A stretch of 64,000 bases of DNA, from IMG/VR virus record IMGVR_UViG_3300029798_000001. One strand, written 5' to 3'. The position numbers and the translations under genes are program-made. Below the pieces are notes generated by a model. The model was not told the DNA's origin. It was given only the letters and a program-made list of their open reading frames with translations, and did not search any database. This document shows, in pieces, positions 50,343 to 59,633 of the stretch; positions within the stretch are counted from its first letter, which is position 1, and every line of letters begins with the position of its first letter. The stretch is from a virus. Its lineage: Duplodnaviria; Caudoviricetes.

Positions 50343-50367
50343 CTTATAAGTCAAATAACCGTATAAT
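50339..50367 (+). promoter_or_regulatory. Sigma70 promoter of a leaderless gene, with a perfect 16-bp palindrome over the -35
   Basis: TTGACT-N17-TATAAT, ATG 6 nt later; TTGACTTATAAGTCAA at 50339-50354. Confidence 0.8.
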
Positions 50368-50373
50368 AGTATT

Positions 50374-51297
50374 ATGAAAATAGCCCTTCTATCGGACGCA
50401 CACCTTGAATTTCAACCTCTCGTTATTAACAATGATGAGAATGCCGATGTGTTAATCCTAGCCGGAGACATCTGTGTAGCTGCACATTTAAAAGATGCCA
50501 GCCCTACCTATGCAAAAGTGCTGGCAAAAGAGTATCGTCAGTTCTTTGATCATGTATGCAAAGAATTTCCGCATGTGGTTTACATTTTAGGAAACCATGA
50601 ATTTTACAATGGTGACATCAAACACACCTACAACATCCTCAAAGAGCATCTTGACTACGGTAACCTACATATTCTTGAAAAAGAAACATGGACGCATCAA
50701 GGTCATACCTTTGTTGGCGGCACCTTATGGACCGACATGAATCGACTTGATCCGCTAACTTTGATGCATACACAAGGTTCCATGAATGACTTCCGTGAAG
50801 TGCTTAACAGTAATCGCATGGTGGTGCGTAATGTTCCCATCTACGAGCGGAATCCTTTATGGACCGATGACGGCCGGAACGGCGGACAGTATAACCGAGA
50901 TGCTACTGGTGCTATGATTAATATTGGTTACAAGAGCAAGGAAGAACCAGCTCGTTGGACTCCAGAGGATTCAGCAATGGATCACGCACGGATGTTGGCG
51001 TATATTGATCATGTTACCCGCGAACCCGGTAGCTATATTGTAGTGGTTCATCATGCACCCAGCAGTCAAAGTATAGCAGAAAGATTCAAACACGATACCC
51101 TGATGAATGGTGCGTTTAGATCTGAACTGGATGAGTTCATCATGGATCGTCCGCAGATTCGATTGGTATGCCATGGCCATATGCACAACAACTCGAATTA
51201 CTGGATTGGTGAGACTAGGGTGGTCTGTAATCCCAGAGGCTACGCAGGATATGAAGATCAAGCAGAATGGTTTAAACTACAATATATCGAGGTATAA
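50374..51297 (+). CDS. Calcineurin-like metallophosphoesterase
   Basis: LSDAHLE, LAGDI, LGNHEFY, GTLWTD, HHAPS, HGHMH, CNPRGY. Confidence 0.88.
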   Translation: MKIALLSDAHLEFQPLVINNDENADVLILAGDICVAAHLKDASPTYAKVLAKEYRQFFDHVCKEFPHVVYILGNHEFYNGDIKHTYNILKEHLDYGNLHILEKETWTHQGHTFVGGTLWTDMNRLDPLTLMHTQGSMNDFREVLNSNRMVVRNVPIYERNPLWTDDGRNGGQYNRDATGAMINIGYKSKEEPARWTPEDSAMDHARMLAYIDHVTREPGSYIVVVHHAPSSQSIAERFKHDTLMNGAFRSELDEFIMDRPQIRLVCHGHMHNNSNYWIGETRVVCNPRGYAGYEDQAEWFKLQYIEV

Positions 51298-51298
51298 T

Positions 51299-54200
51299 AT
51301 GAACAAAAGACCCAATCGTGATCAACTAAACGGCTTGAGTTTGAGCCAGTTGCGGACTCTGTTAAAGAGACGCGGACACAAGGTTCCACGCAAAATCTAT
51401 TACTCGGGTTATGTTACTCAGTTTCGTAACAGGCTGTATCGCTTTCGTTGGTGGACTGATAAAAACTTTGTTGTGGATATTAGTTGTCCTCTTAGTGATT
51501 TTGATCGTTGGGCCAATAGTTGTGATGAAACTGTTAGTTTTGATACCTGGAGACAAAGATGAAACAGCATCAAATTTATCTGTCAAGACGCAACTTGTTG
51601 GCCTTATTGAGCAAGCTGGACCGCCTTGAGGCCGGAGACGAAACAGCCTGTGCCATAGTCAAGTATGCCAATCCGTCAGATCCATATTGTAATACCATTG
51701 ATCAAGTAACAGTCATTGCAATTCCGGATGAAAAGTTTTATACTAATAGATCGCCAGGTGCGATGCATCCAGCGGATGAGGCTAATTTATGAACGGATAC
51801 GAATTGGCTGATGAAATAAAAACCATGCTTGCCGACGCAGAATCCTACTATGGTGAAGCTGAAAGTTATTTGATAAAATGTGAAACCATGCTACGCCAGC
51901 AACAAGCTGAAATAGAGAAACTGCGAAGCTGGGTTGAGATGCTTGTTGAAGTTCCATTTTTTAATGAAATAGACCATTACCGAGGAATTCCAGTAGCAAT
52001 ACTAAGAAAGGCAAGTGAGAAATGAACGGATACGAATTAGCCGACAGATTGGAAGATACCACAGAAAATTTTACCTGTATATACAACATATCAGCCGCCA
52101 CCAAGTTACGCCAGCTACAAAAGGAACGAGACCTGTTGTTCTCAGCACATTCACATGAAATGAAAAGAGCAGATGAATTACAGGTTGAATGTGCGAGATT
52201 ATATCGTATTATTGAATTGAATGGAAAAATAGCAGATCGGGTATATGATTTTGATAATCCGTTATTAGATGTATGTAAACATGGAAATGATAGTGCTTGT
52301 AAAGAATGCTACCTGGAGACAGTAAAGAAATGAACGAGCGGATTCGACAACTTGCCGGACAGGCATTAGACCGAGTGGTGCCATACACATGGACTCGACT
52401 AGACTATGATGAAATACAACGATTACAAGAGTATTTCGCCCAGTTGATTGTGGCAGAATGTGCTGAGCAGATTATAGCAAAAGGAACAGACTGGGTTGAT
52501 TTTGCGCCTAGCCAAACAGGTGTTAGACCGGAATATTGGGCTATGGCACAACAGATTAAACAACATTTCGGAGTTGAAGAATGACTGCATTCGTTTGGGG
52601 TATCGTTGTGGGCTGGTTCAGTCATGCTGTATGGGTGTTTATGATCAGACCAATTATTAGAGAGGCTATGAAGAATGAGTGATTACTCACCGGACCGTTG
52701 GGTCATTGTAAAGATCGTCACACCTAAAGAACTGTTGTATAAAGTGTTTGCATCGTGGAGCGGTGGCTACGGAGGCAGTGACCGTTGGAAAATAAACTCG
52801 GGCATTACTCACGCACGACTTGTAGATGACTATTGGGAGTTTAGTGGATATTCGGGATCCGTTTATAGTTGCCACAAGGATGCATACGGCACTAACGGCT
52901 ATGGTGGTAATGTCTTACAGAATTTTATTGACCAAATGCCGACTCAAGGTGCCACTATGGAAATCATGCCCGGAGATACTGACTGGGCTACTGTGCCATA
53001 TGATCGACTACAGCAATTTGTTGCAGATGGAGTAAAATAATGTTTAAATGGTTGCGCTATTCAGGAGCAAGTATAACAATTACAATAAACCCACTACACT
53101 GGCGTAAGATGCCACAGATACGAGAGGCATTTATAGATGAGTGGGTAGGACCTCACGAACGGGCATGGTTTGCAAGTTGGTTATTTTTAACCGTTAGAGT
53201 TTGGATTGACGATGGGAGTTGGTAATGACTGAAGATCAATTTAGTAATTTTGTATATCACTCGGGCTTGATTGCCCAAGGATGCTGGGATAAGTTTGACG
53301 ACTGGGACAAAGATGCCCTACGACGATTTGGCAAGTTAATTGTCAAGGATTGTATTGATACGCTTCAAACAAGATTTATGGGCGACCTTAATCGTGAAGA
53401 TCAGGAAGTCCAGCGTTGCATAGAAACGCTACAAAAACATTTTGGTGTTGAACAATGAAGATTGAATCTGCTGACGGCAAAGAAGGATACTTAATCTGGT
53501 GCGGTGGTGACCGCTATGTGTTTAGAATCTACACCAATGCACCTGAAGAGTTTACAGATTATGACTTGCGCCACAGTGATATGCGTGTTCGAATCGTAGA
53601 CTCAGATGCGTTCTTTTATAGTGACGATAAAGGCGACTCAATCGACCACAGTCCGGATACTTTGGGAATTAAAAATGCAGATCGGTGAAGTGCGTATTAT
53701 AAATGGTAAATTGTCACTGATTACCAGCGGTGCTCCGTATCCTTGTAACTTTTGGGAGTGGCGTGATATTCGTAAAAATGGAACTCTGGGCAAAACTCAC
53801 GGTAGCTATAACGATGGAAGTATTGAGCATAGTAAACCTATTAAACACGAAGTTGTTATTCGAGTTAACTCATTTGAGTTATTAAAGGTGCCAGAATAAT
53901 GGGAATGTTTGATAATATCGAATACAAGGGCGACCAGTATCAAACAAAAGATACCCCATGCCAGAGTTTGGATAATTACAAGATCGAACAGAATCAAGAT
54001 GATGGGCATTGGTACCTGTGGCACGAAGAATATGACACAGAATGGGAAGATCACGAAGGATTATTTGGTGGAAGTATACGGCAGTTTAACCAGCGTTGGG
54101 TAGCCTGTGAAGACTTTGATGGCAACCTGCGTTTTTATCGTAGTGATAAAGAAAATCCTAATCGTTGGATTGAATACCGAAGCCTGTTCATGGATGGTCG

Positions 54201-55115
54201 TATGTTAAAGATCAAAGAACATTTTGATGAACCTCTTACCAATTGGTACAGAGAAGGTGTAGAGAAAAAGGGATTAACGTGAGAGAATATTGGAGTTGCA
54301 GTAAAGTTGCAGATCGGATTCGCGGTACTATTAAACCCGATGCCTTAGAATTAGGCAAGTGGAATGACTGGGAAGAATACGCTCGGGCCACACATCCTAT
54401 TCGCTACTGGATAGTAGAAGAAGCATTTGATGCTGTGCAAAATTTTATCAATTGGCCTGCCACCCAAATCAATAATGTACGCTATTGGCTTAATAACCGT
54501 TTTGTTGACCGTACTCATGCACTAACCAGCTCAAGTCTTAAGCCAGGACAGTATCACGAACTAGACACACGCATCTTACACTGTGTATTTGACGAATTGG
54601 TCAACTTTGTAGAAGTAGAAAAAGCCTGGATGCAAGTTTGCTTCAGTGATGAAGATGTCCGTAAGAAATATAGTTTACCATTTTGGCGTAAGCAATGGTG
54701 GACTCGCTGGTTTATGACTTGGCGCAATCCACAGGCCGGAATTGATCATTTACTTTGGGAAATCGGCCTGGTTTGGACCGAAGATCAAGTAGGTAGCAAC
54801 AGCAAACTATTAGGTCAAACTACCGAACAAGCCGTGCGAGCCCAGGTGATTATGGACTTATACACTTGGTGGACTCAAACTCGCCCTGCTCGTCCCGATC
54901 CGTATGAAGCCTCAGGGTGGACTGCCTACTGTGAAGCCAGCCGTGAAGCTAATGATGGTAAGTTAGGTTGGTCGGGTAGTAACGATTCCGTTGAACTTAA
55001 GAAAATGAGCAAGGCAGCACACAAGAAGATGGATAAGATGGATAAAGACTACGAAGCGGAAGATGAAGCTATGCTGATCAAACTCATTAAAATTCGCAAG
55101 AATCTTTGGACATAA
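51299..55115 (+). CDS. Array of coupled small phage ORFs: 51299-51562, 51559-51792, 51789-52025, 52022-52333, 52330-52584, 52581-52682, 52675-53040, 53040-53225, 53225-53458, 53455-53688, 53675-53899, 53899-54282, 54279-55115
   Basis: Continuous same-strand tiling with ATGA/TAATG/GTGA overlaps; no recognisable catalytic motifs. Confidence 0.65.
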
Positions 55116-55130
55116 ACTAGTAATTAAACA

Positions 55131-55159
55131 TTGACCAACAACTCAAACTAGCGTAAAAT
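55131..55159 (+). promoter_or_regulatory. Sigma70 promoter of a leaderless gene
   Basis: TTGACC-N17-TAAAAT with ATG 5 nt downstream at 55165. Confidence 0.7.
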
Positions 55160-55164
55160 AGTAT

Positions 55165-55624
55165 ATGACAACACAAACCGCGTTTGAACATATTGTAGCT
55201 TTTGCTGATCGTAATGATCAACCTCGTGAACTTGTAACTCAAGAAGATTTTGATCTATGGCAAAAAGATTATACCTGGGATGCCTTGTATGGTATTAGAT
55301 ACGGGCAAAGTTTTTGTAATAGGTTCAATATATCTAATAACTTATTATACTATTCTACCTGGCCTCCGGAACAAATGGATCATTACATAAAGAAACACTA
55401 CATTGAAAGATCCTGAATTTAACTATCCTGTGACAGTCAATTGGGGCCGTGGTACAGATACCATGGAATACTGGGATCGGTTATGTATTGCTAGTATTGA
55501 AATGGTTGGATGTCCTGGTGATCGCTTTATTACAGACATCGGTGCAGATCAGATGATCTGGGCATTCCGCGACCCTAGAGATGCATTTATTTTTAAATTA
55601 AAGTTCAGTGAGGTAACATGTTAA
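55165..55624 (+). CDS. Two small ORFs: 55165-55416 and 55403-55624 (FxDxxDAxxFKL family)
   Basis: The second ends FRDPRDAFIFKLKF. Confidence 0.6.
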
Positions 55625-56022
55625 CGAATTTATATTTTGCGTATGGGGCAAATATGCACCCCGGACAAATGGAGTGGCGTTGTCCCAAAGCCCTAGCAAG
55701 CCAAACATTTATTCTGCGTGACTGGGAATTAAAATTTTATAGCCATGCTACCATTGAGCCTAAGCGAGGCACCCAGGTCGCAGGAGTGCTGTGGGAGATT
55801 ACCGAAGATTGCGAACTTAGGTTAGACGCATTTGAAGGTTATCCAAGTTATTATACTAAACAGACTTGGATACAAGACGATACTCAGTTTTTCTTTTACG
55901 AAATGACAACTCCTAAAAGCGGAAAACCGAGCGAGGGGTATGTGTTAGACATCGAAGAAAGTTATACATTCTGGCAACTTCCTAAAGATTTATTAACCCA
56001 ATCATTAAATGACCCTGCATAG
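55618..56022 (+). CDS. Gamma-glutamylcyclotransferase (AIG2-like) family protein
   Basis: YFAYGANM...RCP, VAGVLWEIT, LDAFEGYP. Confidence 0.85.
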   Translation: MLTNLYFAYGANMHPGQMEWRCPKALASQTFILRDWELKFYSHATIEPKRGTQVAGVLWEITEDCELRLDAFEGYPSYYTKQTWIQDDTQFFFYEMTTPKSGKPSEGYVLDIEESYTFWQLPKDLLTQSLNDPA

Positions 56023-56272
56023 AGTAAAACACGAACCGTTATTAAAGAGTCCCATGGATTATATGCGGAACAAGGATAGTTTTAGTTACGCCCAAGAGAT
56101 CTCAAAAGAGTTTGGTATACTTGAGCATGTATTAGACTGGTGTAAAGAAGAATTGTCAGCAGAATGGCGGTGGCAATTATCAGAATTGAGCAGTGATCAC
56201 AAGCCCGGTCGCTATATCTTTTATTTTGATTCAGAACGAGATTGCCTAGCATTTATAATGAAATGGCGTTAA
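56009..56272 (+). CDS. Small protein of the FxDxxDAxxFKL family
   Basis: Ends FYFDSERDCLAFIMKWR. Confidence 0.6.
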   Translation: MTLHRVKHEPLLKSPMDYMRNKDSFSYAQEISKEFGILEHVLDWCKEELSAEWRWQLSELSSDHKPGRYIFYFDSERDCLAFIMKWR

Positions 56273-57022
56273 ATGACGATTAATAATTTTGTAGTTCTAG
56301 ACAGTGTGTATGGCAAGTTTATCGTTGCTAGAACTTGTTTATTTCAAGCCGAGGCCTTGGTTAAAACAGGCCACACTCATATTGAGGATGAACTACACAA
56401 TATCTTTGCCATTGTAGATACCTTGCCCACGGATGCTGTCATTGTTGATGGCGGGGCCAACATTGGGTTTTTTACTATACCAGTTGCCCACCGAACGCAA
56501 GGGCGTGGCACCAGGATTATTTCGTTTGAACCGCAGCGGCAATTATTCCAAGCAGTAGGTGGTAGTCTAGCACTCAACGGATATCGTAATGTTTTTCTAC
56601 ATAATTGTGGGCTAGGTGCTGAACCTGGTATTGCCCAACTGCCTAAAATTGACTACAGTATAGCACAGGACTTTGGCACTGTATCGTTAACAGAAGAAAC
56701 TACTGTCGACGAAGATGGGTGGATGAATGATCGTGTAGTGGACATTACCAGCATAGATGCTATGGATCTGCCCAGACTGGATTTCTTTAAACTAGATGTA
56801 GAAGGATATGAAGTTCCGGTACTCACAGGAGCACTCAAAACCATAAAGAAACATCGTCCTTGGATTTGGGTAGAATATTTCATCACTGGTGTAGAACCAA
56901 TTAAACAGGCTCTAGCAGACCTGGATGATTATACATTTTTTATAGTGGATTATCAAAATATGCTGTGTTCCCCAAACGAAAAACTATTAACTATCACCAC
57001 TGTTGGGCTACAGAAAGTCTAG
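56273..57022 (+). CDS. FkbM family methyltransferase
   Basis: VDGGANIGFFT, SFEPQ, LDFFKLDVEGYEVPVLTGA. Confidence 0.88.
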   Translation: MTINNFVVLDSVYGKFIVARTCLFQAEALVKTGHTHIEDELHNIFAIVDTLPTDAVIVDGGANIGFFTIPVAHRTQGRGTRIISFEPQRQLFQAVGGSLALNGYRNVFLHNCGLGAEPGIAQLPKIDYSIAQDFGTVSLTEETTVDEDGWMNDRVVDITSIDAMDLPRLDFFKLDVEGYEVPVLTGALKTIKKHRPWIWVEYFITGVEPIKQALADLDDYTFFIVDYQNMLCSPNEKLLTITTVGLQKV

Positions 57023-57023
57023 G

Positions 57024-57052
57024 TTGACTGGAAATTACCGATTTGTTATAAT
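57024..57052 (+). promoter_or_regulatory. Sigma70-type early promoter
   Basis: TTGACT-GGAAATTACCGATTTGT-TATAAT. Confidence 0.85.
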
Positions 57053-57082
57053 AGTAGTATAGTAATTAATTATGAGGGTTTA

Positions 57083-57947
57083 ATGAAAAATTATCGTTTT
57101 TTAGGTGCAGAAGCCGAAATATTGGGATGCCGCTTGGATTCAGCCCGTCGGGTACTTGCTGGTGCAAAGACACCCTGGGCCAAAAATCATTGGAGTCAAA
57201 CAGTAGAACGATTACTTTTTCAGTGGCGACAACTACCTATCCTACACGATTCTGACGCATTGGTCACTATTATTCCTCGCTGGACTATTGACTACGATTT
57301 TTATGAACTAAGCCGCCCACACGAATATGTAGGTGTGTCAGACCGAGCCTACAATAAATTATTTAGAGAAAGTGTCAACCTGGACGAAAGTTGGGAAAAT
57401 CATAGAGCGGCAAGATTAGCGAGGGCACAATAATGACTGATGAACGTCTCATGGTATGTGAAGCGGTGTTCAATGATCAAATTGGACCCGAACATTTAAC
57501 TCAAGCAGAGATTGACGAGTTTATGGAACTAGTGCTAGATGCAAGTACAGACAAGTTAATGGCTGAAGCTGAACTTCGAGGGTGCAGTGTGTTCGATGGC
57601 ATAGAAGGGAACACAGTTCAATGAATCATCAGTTCGTAGTCATGTGGTGTAATGAAGGATTGGAATATGTGGGCGATGTTACTGCGGAACAGGGTAAAAA
57701 AGCCTGGGCCGCACTTAAAGGTGAAGAACATCGTGGCATGCCAAATCTTCTGCACATGCGACTACGAGCACAGTTTAACAAGGATCGGCACTATGAAATA
57801 TATTTTGTAGACGCAGTAGATGGAATTACCGAAGATGATATCCGCGAAATGTTCCGTGCAAGTCCGCAGACAGCCGCAGATACCATTAGAGAATTAGGAC
57901 AAGTTTTTTATAGTGACCGAGTAGAAGAACGCCCGGTCATAGTATAG
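57083..57947 (+). CDS. Three early ORFs: 57083-57433, 57433-57624, 57621-57947
   Basis: Coupled starts and stops downstream of the promoter. Confidence 0.65.
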
Positions 57948-57949
57948 TT

Positions 57950-58178
57950 TGTGTTCAGGTGACTCTGGGCTAGTGTGATCCACACGATAAGTGGTTTAGT
58001 CAACCACGGATGGTTCTGGTCTAACCTAACCGGCGCTGGCAATGCGTTAACGAGCCCTGTCGTGGAGCGGGTGAATGCTGACTTATTTCTCTGCTGAATC
58101 CGATGGGATAACCAGAGTCGACACCATTGGGGTGTTGAAAAGTTTAGACTATAACTGACCGCCGGGGGCTGAAGAGCA
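57950..58178 (+). ncRNA. Candidate ~230-nt multi-stem non-coding RNA
   Basis: Largest GC-enriched ORF-free gap in the window; long-range GACTCTGG/CCAGAGTC pairing plus at least five local hairpins. Confidence 0.55.
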
Positions 58179-58186
58179 TTTATATT

Positions 58187-58465
58187 ATGAAAAATTATAA
58201 AGTCAAACGATTAACTCGACAGTACAACGGACATACTCGTTTTAAGTATGTTGTCCAACCTGCGACCTTTGATCTACTCACAACAAGACAGCAACTTGTT
58301 GAATGGCGTGAATGGTGTTGGACAACCTGGGGACCCAGCCGTGAGTTATTATGGTCCATCGCAGGCACTCCTGATGCTGTTTGGTCGTGGGATACCGAAC
58401 ACAATAACCGGCGCATATATCTAAAGACCGATGCTGAATTGGTCTTGTTTGAGCTGAAATTTTAG
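58187..58465 (+). CDS. Small protein, distant member of the FxDxxDAxxFKL family
   Basis: WREWCWTTWGP...RIYLKTDAELVLFELKF. Confidence 0.55.
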   Translation: MKNYKVKRLTRQYNGHTRFKYVVQPATFDLLTTRQQLVEWREWCWTTWGPSRELLWSIAGTPDAVWSWDTEHNNRRIYLKTDAELVLFELKF

Positions 58466-58499
58466 GTTAGTACGCACTAACATACAGTTCACCATTCGG

Positions 58500-58528
58500 T
58501 TGACAAAAAATGCCCGATTTGCTATAAT
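58500..58528 (+). promoter_or_regulatory. Sigma70-type early promoter
   Basis: TTGACA-AAAAATGCCCGATTTGC-TATAAT. Confidence 0.85.
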
Positions 58529-58557
58529 AGTAGCATAGTAAAAATTAAGGGCTATCA

Positions 58558-58791
58558 ATGTATCGAAACATTATCACAGAATCGTTTATTGCAGGCAACG
58601 CAGAGCTGTACCAAACCGTAAAAGAATACCCAACACTCCGTATGGTCCCAATCGACCGTGTGGATACTGTTCGATATGGCCTTCGTCAATTGGGCTATAA
58701 TGCTCGCATCCGCTATCGTGGCCCTCATCAGCAGACTCGCGATACACTTAAACAAAATGCTCATGCCTTTACAGTGTACATCCAGGAATGA
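58558..58791 (+). CDS. Early hypothetical protein
   Basis: First gene after the promoter; ATGA overlap with the next gene. Confidence 0.6.
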   Translation: MYRNIITESFIAGNAELYQTVKEYPTLRMVPIDRVDTVRYGLRQLGYNARIRYRGPHQQTRDTLKQNAHAFTVYIQE

Positions 58792-59633
58792 TTAATTTAT
58801 ATTGCTATTCATACCCGGGTGCAATGAAAAAGTTTGCAGACCAGGGTTACATGTTAGTTAAGATTGGGGATAGCCACAGAGAAGCCGATGTGCGTATCAA
58901 GGAACAGGGCGGCGCTGCCGAATACGAAGCTAAAATTAAAATTAGCGAATGGAACAATTTAACAAAAATTGATCGTGACTATCGTATTCATGAAGTATTA
59001 ACCGAGCGTGGACTTTGGCATAGAGATGGCCAAGGCACAGAATGGTTTAAAATTCCAGCCACAAACGCCGCCGAAGTTCGAGATTATGTTGATCAGTTAA
59101 TTACATACCTTGAAGGTGAGCGTGTACGTCCTCCAGTTAAACTTCGCAGGATCCAGCAACATTCATTAGACCGTGCCATGGATATTATTGCAAACTGTGA
59201 TGATACCGCCAATATTATTGCCAACCTGTGCCCACGCTTTGGTAAAACAATCTGGGCCTTAATGCTGTTTAACCAGGTAACAGAAAAGTATGGTAACAAG
59301 GTAATGTTATTACCGGCATATTGGTTAAGCGTACACTCATCATTTATTGATGAGTTAGATGCATACAAAGACTTTGATGATATTAGATATGTCGACATTG
59401 ATGAACCCAAGGCATATAATTCTGCCCGGACGTATTTAAAAGAAGGTCAGCGCATTATTGTTCCTATCAGTTTACATGGTGATGTCGATGAATGGAAAGC
59501 CAAGCACCAATGGATTGCTAATATCCCCAACAACGAAATCTTTATGTTTGCAGACGAAGGCGATTTTGGTACTCATACTGAGAATCAAGTGGCTAAATTA
59601 CAATTTTTGTTTAATCAAGTAGAGGCAGAATAA
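58788..59633 (+). CDS. T5orf172/GIY-YIG-like nuclease fused to the N-half of an SF2 helicase
   Basis: VKIGDS.R.A..RIKEQ...EWF; Walker A variant CPRFGKT; motif II FADEGDFG; the ORF stops just after motif II. Confidence 0.7.
   Translation: MINLYCYSYPGAMKKFADQGYMLVKIGDSHREADVRIKEQGGAAEYEAKIKISEWNNLTKIDRDYRIHEVLTERGLWHRDGQGTEWFKIPATNAAEVRDYVDQLITYLEGERVRPPVKLRRIQQHSLDRAMDIIANCDDTANIIANLCPRFGKTIWALMLFNQVTEKYGNKVMLLPAYWLSVHSSFIDELDAYKDFDDIRYVDIDEPKAYNSARTYLKEGQRIIVPISLHGDVDEWKAKHQWIANIPNNEIFMFADEGDFGTHTENQVAKLQFLFNQVEAE

Noticed and set aside
58143-58152. Complementarity between the candidate ncRNA (TTTAGACTAT) and the TGTAGTCTAAAAACA repeat
   Set aside because: Only 9 exact AT-rich bases, which is expected by chance in 64 kb.
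57950-58178. tmRNA, RNase P RNA or group I intron
   Set aside because: GGGGCTGA occurs at the 3' end with no tRNA-like partner; GAGGAAAGTCC is absent; GACTA and TAGTC are in reverse order relative to group I P7; the flanking ORFs are not halves of one gene.
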